From the IMG/VR virus record IMGVR_UViG_3300043414_000985, positions 1-38,188 of that record: a stretch of 38,188 bases of DNA; one strand, given 5' to 3'. The notes below the pieces were generated by a model. It did not search any database. It was not told the origin of the DNA and saw nothing but the letters and a program-made list of their open reading frames with translations. The position numbers and the translations under genes are program-made. The stretch is from a virus. Taxonomy: Duplodnaviria; Caudoviricetes. Numbering within the stretch: position 1 is the first letter of the stretch; the number at the start of each line of letters is the position of its first letter. Positions 35,049 to 38,188 of the stretch are shown piece by piece.

Positions 35049-35837
35049 TTATATAACCTCCGTACATTGTCCATTAATACACTCATAAGTTTGTATCCCC
35101 CAATCTGCAGCAAGTGGCGCCTCAGGCAATAATTGCACATCAGGAAGGTGCTGAGATGCCTCTGACACAAGATAAAGACAAAGAGAAGGTCCAACAGTAC
35201 CAGTAGCTACAGCAACAATAATCTTCGCCGCCTGCTCTGTGGTTATCCAAGATTGGAAATCTGAGGGCTCGTCTTTTATCCAGCTGTCTGTTTCTTTGTC
35301 AAAAATAAAAACATCTACGCCATAATTTTCTGGGTGCGCAGTATAGCTATCTATAACACCCGATAGTCCATCCAGACCTTTTGCTGTAACAATTTCTGCA
35401 ACCTCTTTAAAAATTTGCTCTATTGTTTTTGGGTCATTAGAAAGAGGTCGTTGTAACTCTATTTCTACAGTTTCCTTAGTTTCTTGCGGTGGCTCGCTAG
35501 AAGGGAAAACCCAATCTACTGGATATCCGTTGGGCCAACCATGCTTGCTGTTAAGCGTTTGTAACTGCTCTGGGGTAAACTGCCATGCTATAGCAGCATA
35601 CAAGGGGCTATGCAGTAAGTTTGGGTGAACCGGAACACCGTTGGCATGTATAAAATACTGCCCATTGTAGTTTTGACCTGTAGAACCAGTAGATCCATTA
35701 GGTGCATGCGCTGCATCAATAGCAGCATTTACACTAGCCGACGTATTGCCGGTATTTGTATTTGGCTTTTGTGTGTCCTTTGGATAAATATTAATATTTA
35801 GCACGCCGTTCTCTACTGAGCCTACACTTCCCGTCAT
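35049..35837 (-). CDS. hypothetical protein (262 aa)
   Basis: AAGGAG RBS; first gene of the leftward operon; no recognisable domain. Confidence 0.75.
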   Translation of the reverse strand: MTGSVGSVENGVLNINIYPKDTQKPNTNTGNTSASVNAAIDAAHAPNGSTGSTGQNYNGQYFIHANGVPVHPNLLHSPLYAAIAWQFTPEQLQTLNSKHGWPNGYPVDWVFPSSEPPQETKETVEIELQRPLSNDPKTIEQIFKEVAEIVTAKGLDGLSGVIDSYTAHPENYGVDVFIFDKETDSWIKDEPSDFQSWITTEQAAKIIVAVATGTVGPSLCLYLVSEASQHLPDVQLLPEAPLAADWGIQTYECINGQCTEVI

Positions 35838-35859
35838 GGTATCTCCTTTTTAAATATAA

Positions 35860-35887
35860 TTGACAATCAACGTACACAACGTAACAT
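35860..35887 (+). promoter_or_regulatory. candidate promoter in the divergent intergenic region
   Basis: TTGACA-16 nt-TAACAT with a CAACGTA direct repeat in the spacer. Confidence 0.5.
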
Positions 35888-35919
35888 GTATGTAATAAAT
35901 AATCTACACGAGATAAAGA

Positions 35920-36189
35920 ATGCCAAGAAAAATAGTTTTAAATACAAAATCTAAAGCAGCACAGAAAAAGTTATTTGATGAGCTAATGGAAAGGTATCCT
36001 ACTCTTACAAAGATAGCCGAAGATCTCGGAACAAATTACAGCGGAGTATGGCAAGCCGCTAATAATAATCGACCCATTTGCCCTTTCATCGTTGTTGCTT
36101 TATGTTTAATGGCAGAAGGCAAAGTAAAGCCGCACGAGGTGAGACCAGATATATTTGATCCCAGGATAGTAGAACTATATACAGATTAA
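35920..36189 (+). CDS. Cro/YdaS-like HTH regulator
   Basis: TLTKIAEDLGTNYSGVWQ HTH and VKPHEVRPDIF C-terminal motif. Confidence 0.8.
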   Translation: MPRKIVLNTKSKAAQKKLFDELMERYPTLTKIAEDLGTNYSGVWQAANNNRPICPFIVVALCLMAEGKVKPHEVRPDIFDPRIVELYTD

Positions 36190-36199
36190 GAGGTTACGC

Positions 36200-36418
36200 A
36201 TGGAACGCGAACATTTAGCCGGAGCATTTTTAGAGGTAGCTGCACGCTATCCATTTCTTACAGATTTTGACAACCTACGCTACGCAGATAAAGAACGCTT
36301 AATGCTTCTATACTACATGGACCACAAAGAAGACAATATCTATAAAGAAATACGAGAGACATACGAAGACTTCGTTTGCTTGCATCGCGTTAATAGGCTA
36401 ACAGCCAAAACACACTAA
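36200..36418 (+). CDS. hypothetical protein, paralog A
   Basis: GAGG RBS; FLxVAxRYPF...YExFVCL shared with the next gene. Confidence 0.75.
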   Translation: MEREHLAGAFLEVAARYPFLTDFDNLRYADKERLMLLYYMDHKEDNIYKEIRETYEDFVCLHRVNRLTAKTH

Positions 36419-36445
36419 GCAACCCCCTATTACAAGGACGTAATA

Positions 36446-36685
36446 ATGCGCTATTTTACACGTGTGATTGACGATACTTTTTTGTCAGTCGCAAAACGCT
36501 ACCCCTTCGAATTTAGCTTCAAAGACATCTCTTACACCGACCGCAAAAACCTTAAAGAAATATTCTATGGCGCTATAGACCCTAGAGAAACCATAGAAAA
36601 GGTTTACGAACACTTCGTTTGCCTAATAGAATTACGCAAAAAATTAGAAAACCGACATACCTTAAGAAAGGTTGCTTATATATAG
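36446..36685 (+). CDS. hypothetical protein, paralog B
   Basis: AAGGA RBS; same motifs. Confidence 0.75.
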   Translation: MRYFTRVIDDTFLSVAKRYPFEFSFKDISYTDRKNLKEIFYGAIDPRETIEKVYEHFVCLIELRKKLENRHTLRKVAYI

Positions 36686-36772
36686 TCCTTAGAGGCAGCT
36701 ATTGAAAATAGTTGCACAATAAAAATATCTGTGTAATAATTTAAAAACATACACAGAATACAGAGGTTTAAA

Positions 36773-37675
36773 ATGCAAGCAATTGACAGAAGAAAGTATA
36801 TAACCGGAACAGACGCTGGAGTTATCTGTGGGGCCTCTCCCTGGAAAAGTCCTGTACAGCTTTGGCAAGAAAAGTTAGGCCTCCTAGAGCCAGAAGACAT
36901 ATCTAGCAAGCCTGTTGTAATGGCTGGCATCCACCTGGAAGTGGGTGTAGTTAGTTATTTTGAGGCCGTGACAAAACTTAAAACAGAAAAGCCAGATGGA
37001 TATGCGGTGCACCCTGACTTTCCCTTTATTGCTGGCAGCATTGACCGCTGGATTGAGGGTCGAGAAGCGATTCTAGAGTGTAAGACCGCGCACAAAACAG
37101 ATGCCTGGGGCGACGACGATAACCGCTTTCCAGAACACTATCTTCTGCAAATCGCACACTATTGCATGCTGCACAATATAAACAAATGCTACTTAGCGGT
37201 ATTCTTCTTAAATACATACGAGTTTAAGGTATACACCTACGACCGAGATATGCGCCTAGAGAGCTTACTATTAGACAAAGAGCTAGCGTTTTGGGATATG
37301 GTGCAATCAAAAACAGCTCCAGAACCAGCTAACCACGAGGATATCCGCGCGCTCTATCCTGCTAGCTCTAATGCACCACCAGTGGTGGCTACGCAGCGCA
37401 TATACACGACAGTTCAAGAAATGCAGTCCATTAATGACAACATAGACGGCTTAGAAGCTCGCCTTAAAAGGTATAAAGACGAGATAAGCCTTTTTATGGG
37501 TAACTCCGAGAAGCTAATCGGACCCTGCGGAAAGACACTGGCTACTCACAAGTACACAAAAGCAGTAAATCGCTTAGACACAGAATTACTAAAAAGAAGT
37601 AACCCAACGGCGTATAACAGCTGCCTCAAAGAAGGCGCGCCAAGCAGACGATTTGTTTTAACAAAAGGGGATTAA
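36773..37675 (+). CDS. YqaJ-like viral recombinase exonuclease
   Basis: RRKYITGTDAG.ICG.SPWKSP.QLW.EK, GSIDR, LECKT, YLLQIAHY. Confidence 0.93.
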   Translation: MQAIDRRKYITGTDAGVICGASPWKSPVQLWQEKLGLLEPEDISSKPVVMAGIHLEVGVVSYFEAVTKLKTEKPDGYAVHPDFPFIAGSIDRWIEGREAILECKTAHKTDAWGDDDNRFPEHYLLQIAHYCMLHNINKCYLAVFFLNTYEFKVYTYDRDMRLESLLLDKELAFWDMVQSKTAPEPANHEDIRALYPASSNAPPVVATQRIYTTVQEMQSINDNIDGLEARLKRYKDEISLFMGNSEKLIGPCGKTLATHKYTKAVNRLDTELLKRSNPTAYNSCLKEGAPSRRFVLTKGD

Positions 37676-37677
37676 TT

Positions 37678-38188
37678 ATGTCGAACTTAGCCTTATTAAA
37701 CGACGCCAGCGTGCCACTCTCTACAAAAATGGAATACTGTAAGGTGTTTTCTCGCACAGGACTTGTTCCAAAAAATTTCCAAAACAAACCAGAGGATATT
37801 TTTGCTGCTGTATGCTTTGGTGAGGCGCTGGGAATGCAACCATTCCAAGCTTTGCAAAGCATAGCGGTAATTAACGGCAGGCCTTGCGTGTGGGGAGATG
37901 GAATGCTTGCAATTTGCAGGTCAAAATCGGATTTCTTAGATATACAAGAGACGGATGACGAAAAAACAGAGACAGCCACTTGCGTGGTAAAAATGAAAGA
38001 CAAAACAGATGTTGTTAGAACTTTTAGCCAAAAAGACGCAGTTAGAGCAAGACTAACAACTAAAGACAGCCCATGGCAAACCTATCCAAAGAGGATGCGA
38101 CAAATGCGCGCCAGAGGATTTGCGCTCCGTGACGCGTGCGCACATCACTTGATGGGAATTATATCTCGCGAAGAGGTAGAAGATTATC
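37678..38188 (+). CDS. recT: RecT-like ssDNA annealing protein (3' truncated)
   Basis: My translation: GLVPKNFQNKPEDIFAA...GEALGMQPFQALQSIAVINGRPCVWGD...PWQTYPKRM..MRARGFALRD; adjacent to YqaJ. Confidence 0.9.
   Translation, partial: MSNLALLNDASVPLSTKMEYCKVFSRTGLVPKNFQNKPEDIFAAVCFGEALGMQPFQALQSIAVINGRPCVWGDGMLAICRSKSDFLDIQETDDEKTETATCVVKMKDKTDVVRTFSQKDAVRARLTTKDSPWQTYPKRMRQMRARGFALRDACAHHLMGIISREEVEDY

Larger units (their letters stand above)
1..38188. mobile_element. P22-like podovirus genome or prophage (partial, no att/integrase visible)
   Basis: Ordered TerS-TerL-portal-scaffold-coat-gp4-gp10-ejection module, plus replication initiator, YqaJ/RecT and lysis-type genes; no host housekeeping genes. 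Confidence 0.95.

Noticed and set aside
1-38188. tRNA genes, integrase/att site, host assignment, alternative genetic code
   Set aside because: No cloverleaf or integrase motif seen; core genes translate intact with the standard code; nothing in the sequence alone identifies the host.

Overview
Most of a tailed dsDNA phage genome with P22-like (podovirus) morphogenesis genes. The window is cut at both ends and contains no integrase, CI-like repressor, tRNA or CRISPR array. Layout: (1) 1-3975 (+): tightly coupled small accessory genes, including three Lar-like Zn-finger genes and four genes sharing a C-terminal KTELGLILKEYF motif. (2) 28258->3972 (-): one long late operon (Zn-finger, TerS, TerL, portal, scaffold, coat, gp4/gp10-like tail proteins, three ejection proteins, several Gly/Ser/Thr-rich fibre or spike proteins, VRR-NUC nuclease, endolysin-like and membrane protein). 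(3) 28489-30385 (+): small genes plus RHH, HTH and sigma70-region-4 regulators. (4) 35837->30455 (-): RtcB RNA ligase and a lambda-O-like replication initiator with internal iterons. (5) 35920-end (+): Cro-like regulator, YqaJ exonuclease and RecT. Most notable: tandem NrdR-box-like operators over a candidate late promoter (host dNTP sensor possibly gating packaging genes); a triplicated structured leader with antisense promoters and a minigene copying the initiator N-terminus; tandem candidate mini-pseudoknots before the scaffold gene; the shared-C-terminus gene array; recurrent duplicated gene junctions; and a strict 25-residue repeat in an ejection protein. All family calls come from motif recognition and synteny by eye, not database searches.
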